Assembly (NCBI GenBank): GCA_963843375.1 | Contig: CAWJKT010000011.1 | Span: 384,001-448,000, forward strand | DNA length: 64,000 nucleotides | Reading direction: 5' to 3' | Source of the DNA: an uncultured Pseudomonadota bacterium | Lineage (GTDB): Bacteria > Oederibacteriota > Muellerivitia > Muellerivitales > Muellerivitaceae | Part shown: one piece after another, positions 51,408 through 62,409 of the stretch | Numbering within the stretch: the stretch's first letter is position 1 | Layout: each line of letters begins with the position of its first letter | The notes under the pieces: model-generated | What the model was told of the DNA's origin: nothing | The model's input: the letters and a program-made list of their open reading frames with translations, nothing else | Databases searched by the model: none | Made by a program: the position numbers and the translations under genes

Positions 51408-54400
51408 ATGGCAACCCAAGTTTTCCTCGAACACATCACCCGCTACCGCTACGACCGGTCCGTGCGCTCTGGGGCCCCATAGCATCCGCTTGAAGCCCGC
51501 TGCCCATTGCCGGACCCCCATCCTGTCCTACTCGCTCTCCGTTAATCCCAAAAAAAATTTCCTCAACTGGCAGCAAGACCCTTTCGGCAATTACGTGGCC
51601 CGGGTGGTGGTGCCCGAATCCTGCAACGAGTTCGAGGTGACGGTGAGTCTTCGGGCCCAGATGGACCCCATCAATCCCTTCGATTTTTTCATCGAGGATG
51701 AATACCTTCAACTATCCTTTCAAGTACGAAAAGAAACTGGCCCAGGACCTGCGTCCCTACCTCGTGGCGGAGGAAAAGGGCCCGCTCCTGAAGAAATTCG
51801 TGAAAGGATTTGGAAAAAAGAAACGGCACATGGTGGAGATGCTTTCGGAGGTGAACCAGAAGATCAACAAACTAAGCCGCTACGTGGTGCGAATGGAACC
51901 AGGGGTGCAGACCGGCTGAGGAAACGCTCTCCCTGAAGAGCGGGTCCTGCCGGGACATGGCCTGGCTGGCCTGCCAAGCCTTCCGGCATCTGGGAATCGC
52001 CGCCCGTTTCGCCTCCGGCTATCTCATCCAACTGGTGGCGGACGAGGAACCGGTAACCGGCCCCAAGGGTCCGGAAAAAGATTTCACGGACCTGCACGCC
52101 TGGGTGGAAGTTTATCTTCCGGGAGCGGGCTGGGTTGGGTTGGACCCTACCTCCGGTCTTTTTGCCAGCGAGGGACACATCCCCTTAAGCTGCACGCCCC
52201 ATCCCACCAGCGCTGCCCCCATCAGCGGAAGCCTGGAGGATTGCGAAACGACCATGGAGCACAGCATGACCCTGCAGACGAGTGCTGGACACGCCGCCGC
52301 GCCACGCTGCCCTTGAGCGAGGGCCAATGGGAATCGCTGTCGACCGCCTCGGGGACGCGGTAGACGACCGGCTGAACCAACTGGGCGTGGGGATCACCAT
52401 GGGCGGCGAGCCGACTTTCGTTTCGGTGGAAAACCGCGACGACTTGCAATGGCAGACCGGAGCCCTTGGCGCCGAAAAATTACGGAAGGGATGGGAACTG
52501 CTCTCGCGCCTTCGCAAGCGTTTCTCGCCCGGGTTCGCTGGCCCAGGCGGGGCAAGGTAAATGGTACGGCGGCGAACCACTGCCACGCTGGTCACTGAAT
52601 AGTTTTTGGCGGCTCGACGGGGAGCCGGTCTGGATGAACGAGTCCCTTTTGGCGGACCCCACGGTTTCCGGCAAAACGCCTCCCAACGCCGCCCGGGCGC
52701 TCTTGACAAAACTGGCTCAGGACCTGGGGCTTTCCCCTTCCCGCATCCTCCCGGCTTTTGAGGATGGGGAGGAGATTCCCGGCGTTGCGGCCGCCCATCC
52801 TTGCCCATGCTCCCAAGCCCCCGGAGATCTCACCGGCCCTAAGACGGAAGGCAAAAAACCGGTCAAGACCCACCCAAGACGGATTCTTCACAGCCCGTGG
52901 GTTATGTTTTGCCCGTTAACTTGGAGCCTGACCCAGGGGGGGTGGGCCACCGAGTTATGGCTTTCACAAAAAGACCGCCTCTCGCTGATCGAGGGGGATT
53001 CTCCAATGGGTTACCGCTTGGCCCTCAATGATTTGCCGAAGGACAAGACGTTGGAGCCAGTGCCCTTCGCCCAGGACCCCTTTCTCATCCGCCGCCCCTT
53101 GCCTTCTTACAAACAATTCTCCAAGGTTCCGCCGAACGAAAATCCAGAAGCCCGAGGCGCAGTGCGCACCGCCCTTTGCGTGCAGGTGCGCGAGGGGAAA
53201 CTTCACGTTTTCCTGCCGCCTCTGTACCATCTTGAGCATTTCCTTGAACTGGTGGCCAAAGTTGAAGGGGCGGCGGCAGCGCTCCACTTGGCCGTGGTGC
53301 TGGAAGGCTATGAGCCCCCGGCGGACAGCCGTCTGATGTCTTTTCGCATAACGCCCGACCCCGGCGTTTTGGAAGTCAATATCCATCCCGCCGCCGATTG
53401 GCCCTCTTTAAGGGACAACACCGAAATAATTTACGAGGAAGCCCGGCAGATTGGACTGAGCGCGGTTAAGTTCACCGTCAACGGTAGGCCCGTGGGCACC
53501 GGCGGCGGAAGTCACCTGGTCCTGGGTGCCGCCCGCCCCGACTTGAGCCCCTTCTTCCGCCAGCCCCGTCTTTTGCCCGCGATGATCGCCTATTGGCAGA
53601 GACACCCTAGCTTGTCCTATTTCTTCACGACCCTTTTCGTCGGGCCCACCAGCCAGGCCCCGAGGCCCGATGAGGCCCGGCATGATTCGCTTTATGAATT
53701 GGAAAACGCCATGCGTCGCGTCCCCAAGGAAGGAGAACTGCCTTTTTGGCGTCTCGATCGGCTGTTCCGGCACCTGTTGGTGGACGTCTCAGGCAACACG
53801 CATCGCACCGAATTTTGCATCGATAAGCTTTATGATCCCGGATCGGGCCGGGGCCGCCAGGGCTTGCTGGAGCTTCGCGCCTTCGAGATGGCTCCCAATC
53901 CCCGCATGGCCCTCCTGCAACAGTTGTTGGTGAGGGCATTGGTGGCCCATCTCTATAAGGCCCCGCTGCAGACCAACCTGGTGCGCTGGGGGACCCGTTT
54001 GCACGACCAGTTTTTATTACCCTGGTACATGTGGGAGGACCTGTCGCACGTTTTGGATGAACTGCGCCTGGACGGATTCCCATTCGACCTGGAATGGTTC
54101 CGAGCGCATTATAATTTCCGTTTTCCGCTCTGCGGCAAGGTGTTGATAGAGGGAGCCGAACTGGAAATCCGCCCTGCCTTGGAGCCATGGCCGGTCTTGG
54201 GAGAGGAAACCATAGGTTCCACGGTGAGCCGTGCCATCGACGCTTCCACCGAAAGGGTTCAGGTGACCCTCAAGGATGCCCGGCCCGGACTGGTGCTATC
54301 CTGCAATGGACGCCGGGTTCCCTTGATGTCCACTCCGATTCCAGGGTTCCAAGTGGCGGGTATCCGCTACAAGGCCTGGGACCAGCCTCTCTCCTTATAT

Positions 54401-54667
54401 GGAGACCTGCCCGCTGTTTCTTTTTTGGAATTGGACCTGATTGACCCGGTAAAGGGGATTTCCCTGGGGGGCTGCGCCTTGCACACCTTCCACCCGGGCG
54501 GGAGGGCTTTTGACCTGATGCCAGTCAACGTGGAGGAAGCGGAGTCCCGTTGGAAGGCCCGTTTCGAGCCCCATGGACGAGCCAGCGGCCGCATGAGTGC
54601 CCCGCCGGAAGAGCCCAACCACGATTTTCCGCACACGCTTGACTTGAGAAGGCCCAGGACGGTTTGA
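51408..54667 (+). pseudogene. DUF2126 transglutaminase plus putative amidoligase protein; several frameshifts in the 5' half
   Basis: [85 protein letters not shown] and ELRAFEM. Confidence 0.88.
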
Positions 54668-54802
54668 GAGGGCTGTTTAAAGGATGATCAACGGCGCCAC
54701 CCCACCCTTCAGCCGAAACTTATCGTAAGTTAAAGTTTTATTTTAAGGCCAGTGGAGCGGACGGGAAGAATGAAGGCGCATTGGTTTGAAGGAAACCTTG
54801 GA

Positions 54803-54988
54803 TTAATTGGCTTGGAAACGGCTAATGACGGCTATGAATTCCATTCCTTTTTCCGTGTAGCGGCAAAGGGCTTCTTCCGGGGTTTTCCCGTTGGCGACTT
54901 TGATTAGCCAGCCTTTCTTGATAAAAGCCTCGACGGCGGATTTGTCGTCGAAAAGGGCTAGGGTTTGGGGTTCAATTGTTTGGTTCAT
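54803..54988 (-). CDS. Small hypothetical protein
   Basis: GAAGG RBS before the ATG at 54988; 61 aa. Confidence 0.5.
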   Translation of the reverse strand: MNQTIEPQTLALFDDKSAVEAFIKKGWLIKVANGKTPEEALCRYTEKGMEFIAVISRFQAN

Positions 54989-55147
54989 GGTTACCTTCTT
55001 TAATTTGGGCTTCACGGGCAATCTAGGTAAGTTGTCGCACGGGTTCAAGGTGTGATCTAAATCAGGTGGGGATGATCTGGGCTTTTTATTTCCGGGGGGG
55101 GGTAAAAACGATTAGCTTGGTTTGCCCCTCGCCCGAGCAATTTCGAG

Positions 55148-55765
55148 CTATCTTTTGGTCAAAACGCAAAAGAACGAAAAGGGTTGGCGCGGGCCATGGA
55201 AGACGCCTTCTTTTAGATCCTTTAATTCAAAATCCTCCTTGAAAACCTTCAGAATCTCATCAGGCGTGAAACGGTAGGGCCCAAAACCTGGGGGCATTTT
55301 AAAACTGAAGACCTTCAAGGCCAGGACACCGTCTTGAGTTAGCAATCCCGCGACCGTTCGGCGGTATTCGTCCCAAATCTTGGAAGGGAAGGTGTGAAAA
55401 CAGCCTCGGTCATGGACCAGTTGGGCTTCACCCGTTTTTTTCAGCGACAAAATGTCCGCCACCAGGAACTTGATTTTCCCCTCCACCCCCGCCTTGCGGG
55501 CGGTTTCCCGGGCCAGGGCGATAGCCGATTCGGCGATATCCACCGCGGTTACCGACCAGCCCTGCTGGGATAGATAGGAAGCGTCATTGCCCGGCCCACA
55601 ACCAAGATCGTAGGCGTTACCGAAGGGAATGGAACCGGTTTCTAAAAGATCCCGAAGATCGGCGTCCACCATGCCTGCGTTCCAGGGCAAATCGGAAGGT
55701 TGGGTCTTTTGGTATGATGCTTCCCAGGACTCGTGCGGCCCGGTGGTGCCTTGATAGTCGGCCAT
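55148..55765 (-). CDS. Class I SAM-dependent methyltransferase (TPMT-like)
   Basis: LPW, DLGCGPG, AVDI...AI and DRGCFH. Confidence 0.88.
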   Translation of the reverse strand: MADYQGTTGPHESWEASYQKTQPSDLPWNAGMVDADLRDLLETGSIPFGNAYDLGCGPGNDASYLSQQGWSVTAVDIAESAIALARETARKAGVEGKIKFLVADILSLKKTGEAQLVHDRGCFHTFPSKIWDEYRRTVAGLLTQDGVLALKVFSFKMPPGFGPYRFTPDEILKVFKEDFELKDLKEGVFHGPRQPFSFFCVLTKR

Positions 55766-55887
55766 GAGTGACTCCTCTTGTTCGAAAAGCTAACCGATTT
55801 TTTTCGAAGTTTAAAAATATTTCCTGTCTTGAGTTTCTCCTACCTCTATCCCTAAAATTCATCCAAGAAGAAATCGGGGGCATTGAA

Positions 55888-56838
55888 ATGAAAAAACGTG
55901 AACTTGGAAAATCCGGACTCGAAGTGGCGCCTTGGGCCCTGGGGGGAAATGTGTTTGGCTGGACGACCGACGAGGCCACCTCCTTCAAGATATTAGACGC
56001 CTTTGTGGACGCCGGTTTCAACCTCATCGACACGGCGGATACCTATTCCCGTTGGGTTCCCGGACACGTAGGGGGCGAATCTGAATCGGTTATCGGCAAA
56101 TGGTTCAAGCAAAGCGGCAAAAGGGACAAGGTCGTTCTCGCCACCAAGGTCGGGTCGGACATGGGGGAGGGAAAGAAGGGTCTGGCCAAAAGCTATATTC
56201 TGAAAGAAGTGGAAGATTCTTTGAAGCGCCTTCAAACCGACCGTATTGACCTTTACCAGTCCCATCAGGACGATGAAACCGTTCCATTGGAGGAAACCCT
56301 GGATGCCTTTAGTGAATTGGTTAAGCAGGGAAAGGTGAGGGCCATCGGCGCGTCCAACTACAAGGCGGGCCGCATGTATGAGGCTTTGACGGTCAGCAAG
56401 AAGAAGGGAATTCCCCGTTATGAAAGCCTACAGCCCAACTACAACCTTTACGACCGGGCGGACTACGAGACTCTTTTGGAACCCCTGGTTCGGGACAAGG
56501 CCATCGGGGTCATCCCTTATTTTTCCCTTGCGGCGGGGTTTCTGACAGGCAAGTACAGGTCGGAGGCGGATTTCGCCAAAAGCCCCCGGGGCGGGGGCAT
56601 GAAGAAATACCTGAACGACCGAGGATTCCGCATCCTGGCGGCTTTGGACGAGGTGGCGAAGAATTTAAATTCCACCCCAGCGCGGGTGGCCCTGGCTTGG
56701 TTGATCGCACGGCCCAGCATTACCGCGCCCATCGCCAGCGCCACAAGCCTGGAACAATTCAATGACCTGCTGGAAGGGACGAAGTTGGAGTTAGACCAGG
56801 CTTCCATGGGGAAACTCGACCAAGCCAGCAGTTATTAA
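55888..56838 (+). CDS. Aldo/keto reductase
   Basis: GGNVFGWT, IDTAD.Y, LATK, SLKRLQTD.IDLY, GKVRAIGASN and GFLTGKY. Confidence 0.94.
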   Translation: MKKRELGKSGLEVAPWALGGNVFGWTTDEATSFKILDAFVDAGFNLIDTADTYSRWVPGHVGGESESVIGKWFKQSGKRDKVVLATKVGSDMGEGKKGLAKSYILKEVEDSLKRLQTDRIDLYQSHQDDETVPLEETLDAFSELVKQGKVRAIGASNYKAGRMYEALTVSKKKGIPRYESLQPNYNLYDRADYETLLEPLVRDKAIGVIPYFSLAAGFLTGKYRSEADFAKSPRGGGMKKYLNDRGFRILAALDEVAKNLNSTPARVALAWLIARPSITAPIASATSLEQFNDLLEGTKLELDQASMGKLDQASSY

Positions 56839-56952
56839 GCAAGACAACAAAAATTTTAACCACCCTGATCACCCAGAACCACGAAACGCAAGTTTGTCAT
56901 AAAGGGATTTAAAGCTAATTTTATTTTGGTTTTTCTTGGAGCTCTTGGCGAT

Positions 56953-58752
56953 TCAATCGCCTTTTTGTTTTTCCAATGTAATTTTTTGGTAGATGGGATA
57001 TTGGGGTTCCCAGAACTTCTGAAAGATCCTTTGCCGGATTTCATCCTCCTCAAAATGCGGGGCCACACCTTCCTTTTGCGCCTGCTTGACCACCGCCAGA
57101 GCGATACGGCGGATGATTTCTTGGATACCTTCCAGGGGTGGAAGCAGGGAGGCAGCCGGGTCGTGAAGGGCGGGGGAATAGCTCCCCAGAGTCCGGGCGG
57201 CGGCCAGAAGCATGCCATCGGTAATCCGGCGGGCTTCACAGGCGGCCACTACCAGCCCCATGGCCGGAAAGATGAAAAAGTTATTGCATTGGCCGATTTG
57301 GATGGGTTTATCTGCGACGGTCACGGATGAGAAGGGGGCTCCGGTGGCGACGAGGGCCCGGCCCCCCGTCCAGGCCATCAAATTCGAGGGGGTTGCCTCG
57401 GCGTGGCTGGTCGGGTTGGAAAGGGGGAAAATGATAGGACGGTTCACCTTGGAAGCCATCTCCCGCACCAAGGGCTCTGTGAAAAGCCCCGGTTGCATCG
57501 AAACGCCGATCAGGATCGTGGCAGGGATTGATTGAATGGTTTCTATCAGACCCACCCGCCCCTGGGCGTCCCTGGGCCAGCCGGCGATTTTTTCGGAGGG
57601 CTGGGCGAATTTCATCTGAATAGGGGAAAGGTTTTTCATCTCCTGAAGGATTAGACCTTCCTGGTCAACCAGGTAAAAGCGGCCAAGGGCTGCGGCTTCG
57701 GACAGGCCTTCCGAAACCATGGCGGCAAGCAGGTATTCGGCGATGCCCGTTCCCGCTCCGCCCGCCCCCGCCAAAACCACCTGTTGGTCGCGGAAACTTT
57801 GGCCAGTCACTTTCAATGCGCCAGAAATAGCCCCTATGGCCACAGCCGCCGTGCCCTGAATGTCATCGTTGAAGGTGCAGAGGCTATCACGGTATTTGTC
57901 CAGGATGGGGCGGGCGTGGGGCCGGGCGAAATCTTCCCATTGCAGAAGCACTTGTGGCAGTTTCTTTCGCACGGCCTGGACGAACTGGTCAATGAAGTCC
58001 CAATAGTCCTGCCCGGTAATGCGCTCGTGCCTCCAGCCCACGTAGGTGGGGTCACGCAAAAGCCGTTCGTTGTTTGTGCCCACATCCAGGAAAATGGGCA
58101 GGGTACGGGATGGCTCGATACCACCCAGAAGCGAATAGAGGGAAAGCTTGCCGATGGGAATGCCCATGCCGCCGGCTCCCTGGTCGCCAATTCCCAGAAT
58201 TCTCTCCCCGTCGGTGGCCACAATGACGTCGACATAGCGGTAAGGCCGGTTTTCTAGGATTTCCTGCATATGGTTCCGCAGAGGATAGGCCAAAAAGAGG
58301 CCTCTGGGCTGGCGGTAGATTTTGGAAAAGTTCACGCAGCCTTGGGCCACCACCGGGTTGTAAATGACCGGGGTCATTTCGGAAAGGTTGCGGTTCAGGA
58401 GCGCGTAGAAGAGGGTCTCGTTGGTGTCCTGCAGGGCCCGAAGGAAAATGTGGCAGTCCAAGTCATTGTCCTGGAGGCAGTAGGCGTTATAGGCCCGGGC
58501 GCATTGTTGTTCAAGGGTTTCCACCACCGGGGGAAGAAGTCCGGAAAGCTTGAACTGCTCCCTTTGCTCAAGGGTAAAAGCGGTGCCGGCGTTCAGGATG
58601 GGGTTAAGAAGGATCTGTTGGCCGGTGAGATGAGTTCTAAAAAGCGTAGAGCCTGGGGGAAAATATTTTTGGGGTAAATCTTGGTCCGACATACTGGCCC
58701 TTTTCCCCGGCCCAAAGGCCGGCCCGATGGAAAACCATCGACGATTTATCAT
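56953..58752 (-). CDS. maeA: NAD-dependent malic enzyme
   Basis: TDGERILGIGDQG, GKLSLY, LDVGTNN, QWEDF, FNDDIQGT, GAGGAG.GIA and PLSNPT; start may be 58692. Confidence 0.93.
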   Translation of the reverse strand: MINRRWFSIGPAFGPGKRASMSDQDLPQKYFPPGSTLFRTHLTGQQILLNPILNAGTAFTLEQREQFKLSGLLPPVVETLEQQCARAYNAYCLQDNDLDCHIFLRALQDTNETLFYALLNRNLSEMTPVIYNPVVAQGCVNFSKIYRQPRGLFLAYPLRNHMQEILENRPYRYVDVIVATDGERILGIGDQGAGGMGIPIGKLSLYSLLGGIEPSRTLPIFLDVGTNNERLLRDPTYVGWRHERITGQDYWDFIDQFVQAVRKKLPQVLLQWEDFARPHARPILDKYRDSLCTFNDDIQGTAAVAIGAISGALKVTGQSFRDQQVVLAGAGGAGTGIAEYLLAAMVSEGLSEAAALGRFYLVDQEGLILQEMKNLSPIQMKFAQPSEKIAGWPRDAQGRVGLIETIQSIPATILIGVSMQPGLFTEPLVREMASKVNRPIIFPLSNPTSHAEATPSNLMAWTGGRALVATGAPFSSVTVADKPIQIGQCNNFFIFPAMGLVVAACEARRITDGMLLAAARTLGSYSPALHDPAASLLPPLEGIQEIIRRIALAVVKQAQKEGVAPHFEEDEIRQRIFQKFWEPQYPIYQKITLEKQKGD

Positions 58753-58833
58753 AACGCCGGACCCCCGGGAAAATCAGGGAAAAATGGGGAGGAGGGGTTG
58801 CGGATAAAACAGGATGAAGGGCCTGGGACCGAT

Positions 58834-59262
58834 TCAAAATGAAACGTCCGCCGGTGTCCTCACCTTCATGACCGATTCCTGGTTAAATCGCTTTTTATAA
58901 GCGTTGATGATCTCTTGGATAGCCTCATCAGCTTTTCGACTGTCCAGGTGGATTAACAGGAGCACCTTGGTTTTTTCCTTTCCAACAGACCCGCTTTTTC
59001 CTTTCCATTGTCCTTTTGCGTCCCAAATCGTCAAGCCTTCGGGAAATTGAGGCGTGACAACCGAACTCACAAAGGAATCCCATTGCGGGGTTGTTACCGG
59101 GCCTTTGGAAGTGGAGGTTCCAAAATAAAGAGTGTCGGAAACAAATGGGGAGCTTGTTGAACCATTGGGCGTTTTGACCAAGGCTTTTGAAGGGGCGCAA
59201 GCAGGGGAAAGAAGACTGATGATTAAAAGAAGGGTTGGAAATTGTTTTGATAAGTTATTCAC
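58834..59262 (-). CDS. DUF3574 family lipoprotein
   Basis: Lipobox-like PAC; LYFG, W..F....VTP.FP.GLT..DA.GQW and YK.RF.QESV. Confidence 0.85.
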   Translation of the reverse strand: MNNLSKQFPTLLLIISLLSPACAPSKALVKTPNGSTSSPFVSDTLYFGTSTSKGPVTTPQWDSFVSSVVTPQFPEGLTIWDAKGQWKGKSGSVGKEKTKVLLLIHLDSRKADEAIQEIINAYKKRFNQESVMKVRTPADVSF

Positions 59263-59295
59263 GCCATGAATAATAATTATTCACGGCGTGAATAA
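59255..59295. promoter_or_regulatory. Tandem 19-bp palindromes, candidate repressor operator
   Basis: TTATTCACGCCATGAATAA-TAA-TTATTCACGGCGTGAATAA overlapping the DUF3574 start. Confidence 0.65.
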
Positions 59296-59373
59296 AAAGT
59301 GAAATCATCTAAAGCCGGGAGAAGGACTTTCCTCAAAGTAAAATGGGTTTGGAAAGCTTGATTTTTTGGAGGC

Positions 59374-59724
59374 TTAAAACTCGTTAACCGCGTCTTGTTC
59401 GGTTTTAAGAATATGGAACAATCCCGGCAGTTCCAATAATTGGAAAACAGCGAAAACATCCGGCCTGACATTGGAAATCTTGATATCTCCTCGTTTTCGG
59501 CGGACATCTTTTATGGTACTCATAAGAACCCCATAACCAGCGCTGGAGATGTAAGTGAGGCCCGCCATGTTTAGGACGATTTTAAAAAAACCTTTAGATA
59601 GGAGTCCTTTTAGCTCGGATTCAAAATCACTAACCGTGTTAATGTCCAGCACCCCATCCAAATGAATGACATTGACCGAGGTATTGGACGCGGCTTGCCT
59701 GGATTCCACCCCAAAGGTTTTCAT
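59374..59724 (-). CDS. STAS-domain anti-sigma factor antagonist
   Basis: L.G.LD, IVLN...L.YISSAG.GVL (phospho-Ser site) and VF.LL.L. Confidence 0.88.
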   Translation of the reverse strand: MKTFGVESRQAASNTSVNVIHLDGVLDINTVSDFESELKGLLSKGFFKIVLNMAGLTYISSAGYGVLMSTIKDVRRKRGDIKISNVRPDVFAVFQLLELPGLFHILKTEQDAVNEF

Positions 59725-59747
59725 AATTCTTCCCTTCTTAATTTGAA

Positions 59748-61187
59748 TTAAGATAACAACGCTGAAACTTTTTTGTTTGGATTACTCAAGTAAATCTGAA
59801 TGTCCCAAATCATTTTTTCAACATCCACATATTCAAAACACCTGGCCTTTTCACAAGTTTTTAGCATCTTGTTGACACAAGTGATGTTGCGGCACGGACT
59901 TTCGGAAACGTAAGTTTTCGACAGGACATCCTGGTTTGAAGGTGGATAAAGGGAATTGGTGGAATCGTACCCGGACATTCTCGACGGGGTTGCCCCAAAA
60001 ACCGATATGACGAAAGTGGTGTTCCTGAATTTAAAATTCCCTGAAAGGGAAACTTTTCGGGCTGCCGCGATATGAAGCGGCCCCGTATCCCCGGAAATGA
60101 AAACGTCGGCAAAATCGATCAAAGAAGCATAGGCTTCAATGGAAAGCGTTGGTGGGGGAAGAAAAAGCTTGCAACTTTCAGCCTGGGAAAGGGTTTTAAG
60201 CAATCTTCTTCCCATTTCCTTGTGTGTAAAAGATGCCCCTAAGAAAACAGTGCAATCCATCATTAGCAATTTTTTAAGGATTTGAGCCTGGAATTCAAAG
60301 GGGATCAACGTATAGGGGGAGGCCGTATCGGGGTTTAAAAAAACGATGGGTTGGTTTTGGGGGACATTTTCTTCACGCAGAAAGGCCTTGGCTTCCTCGA
60401 TAGCTTTATCCGAAAGGGTAACAGAGACTCCTTTAAATGTCTTGGCTGTGTTCGTAAAACCACGGCCCGCCAAAAGCTTATCAATGAATGTATAAGACTG
60501 ATGAAGAAAATGATTGATTCCCGTCCGGTCCAATTCGTTTCGCAGCAGTTGGGGGGCTACTGTCATAAAATTCAAGAATACCTGGTCCTTGGGGAACAAT
60601 TTAGCGTTCTCGAAAAAAGGCGAAGCATTGAAACAGAGGTCGTAATTGTTTTTCGAAACAAGTTCTTGAAGGCTTTGAATATCACCAGGGGTAGGAAAAA
60701 CCGTTCCGGTAAACCGCGGGTAAACATTGGTAATGGATGGATTTCCCATGATAAGGCCGCCCATCGATTGTTTAATGACGTAATCGATCCGGGCTTCCGG
60801 AAAAAAATCCCTGAAAGCTTTGACCGCGCCTTGCATCATGATGGCATCGCCAATATGGATGTCCGGGATGACCAGTATTTTCCGGAAATGTTTTACGCTT
60901 TTGACGATTTCAGTGTTTTTGTTGAAGATCCCCCGGACCAACAATTTATGGCCCAGGACAGGCCGGATAAGGGCGTTCAAAAATCTGGCCCCGCTCCGGG
61001 GAAACCATTGGGTTAGGACACTTGTGAGGTGAAAAATAACTTTTTGGAATTTGTTTTCAAACGTAGGAGCTTTCTGTTTTTTAACCGATCCCTGAGTTTG
61101 AAATAATCTTAAGAGTATACCTGGGAATTTAATCCGGTTGGGTTTCTTCCAATCGCGCCGATCTGTTGTGACGGATAAACATTTCAT
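59748..61187 (-). CDS. GT9 family glycosyltransferase (heptosyltransferase-like)
   Basis: HIGD, FP.A.ID, NP.I, FISGDTGPLHIAAA and VFGAT; start uncertain. Confidence 0.82.
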   Translation of the reverse strand: MKCLSVTTDRRDWKKPNRIKFPGILLRLFQTQGSVKKQKAPTFENKFQKVIFHLTSVLTQWFPRSGARFLNALIRPVLGHKLLVRGIFNKNTEIVKSVKHFRKILVIPDIHIGDAIMMQGAVKAFRDFFPEARIDYVIKQSMGGLIMGNPSITNVYPRFTGTVFPTPGDIQSLQELVSKNNYDLCFNASPFFENAKLFPKDQVFLNFMTVAPQLLRNELDRTGINHFLHQSYTFIDKLLAGRGFTNTAKTFKGVSVTLSDKAIEEAKAFLREENVPQNQPIVFLNPDTASPYTLIPFEFQAQILKKLLMMDCTVFLGASFTHKEMGRRLLKTLSQAESCKLFLPPPTLSIEAYASLIDFADVFISGDTGPLHIAAARKVSLSGNFKFRNTTFVISVFGATPSRMSGYDSTNSLYPPSNQDVLSKTYVSESPCRNITCVNKMLKTCEKARCFEYVDVEKMIWDIQIYLSNPNKKVSALLS

Positions 61188-61870
61188 TTCTTTAACCGTT
61201 CCGTCCGGGAGTCCTTAAAATTCTAATTGGCTTTCGTGGTCAATTTGATGGTGGAATATATTCATTGTTTTAATGATTGAAAGAATTGGGTTCTGCTGAT
61301 CTGGAAAATAGATGGTCCTAGATTTCTGATGAGTCAACATGAAATCTCCCAAGGTCAAATTAGAAAGTTAAAATATTTTTGAAATTTCAAAAAACTATAT
61401 TTGGGTAGTATTTTAAATTCAAGATTAAATCGAGTCTTGACCCATGTCATATAAAAACGATTTTAAAATCTCACTTTTTTGTGTAAGAAAAAAGCCCCCA
61501 CTAAAAAATTTTTGATATTTTTAAATGTTTTCGATTAACGCTGAAATTAAACCGTTTTCCAAAAAGGTAAGTTATTAAATCAAGAATAGCGGCCACAATC
61601 CCAAATCCCTCCGGTCAGGGGAATAATTAAGTCGCATTTTTGTCCCTGGCCTTAAATTTTTTAAATACCAACTGTTAATTGGAGCATATTTTTAGAGTTT
61701 GATCTAAAAAAATATTCCTTCGGATTGGATTCTTCCTTTTCAAAAAATCTGTCATACAAAGTCGGGTAGCTTTTGTTTAGGAAGAGTTTGAGAAAAAGTT
61801 TTTGGTTTTAATTGCGAGTTTAATGAATAGGTACAAAAGTGTGTAACCGGATACCAATGGATCAGGGGAG

Positions 61871-62089
61871 CTAAAGGCCGCGGAACAAATTGTTAGAACT
61901 ACAACCAAGACCCTTACAGAGACGATGTATGGTTTGAAGAGTAGGGTTGATTTCACCCCGTTCAATGAAACCAATTTGGCGGAAATCTAAGCCGCATTTT
62001 TCGGCTAATTCTTCCTGTGTCAAATTCAATTTGACTCGGGCTTCGCGGACGTTACCGCCAAAAGTTCTTAAGAGGGTTGTTTTCTTCAC
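61871..62089 (-). CDS. XRE family HTH regulator (controller-protein-like)
   Basis: FG.NVR..R....LTQEELAE..GL....IG.IERGE.NPTL. Confidence 0.85.
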   Translation of the reverse strand: MKKTTLLRTFGGNVREARVKLNLTQEELAEKCGLDFRQIGFIERGEINPTLQTIHRLCKGLGCSSNNLFRGL

Positions 62090-62409
62090 AGTTTACAAAT
62101 AAACGAAGGCGGGTCTTATTCACACTATTAACCCATAGTATTTTCGTTTTACTTCGTCTCCAATGGAAAATATAGATTGGTGGTAAACGAATTTTCAAGC
62201 TTTTCGCCTGAAATTTAAGGAAAAATCAAATTTAAAACTTATAACCATTAAAGGTAAAGGATTCTCCGGATTTTGTTTTGAATCATTATTGGAAACAGGG
62301 GACAAAACCGTTAAATCTTCGACCCTGACTTACATCATCAATTGAAATAATGGAAAATTGGATTACTACCCTTGGATAGTATATTAAGGGGGCTAGAAGG
62401 AGTTCGGAA

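Noticed and set aside
59267..59283. TGAAT...ATTCA as an ArgR box
   Set aside because: Spacer is 7 nt rather than 4; better explained as the junction of two palindromes
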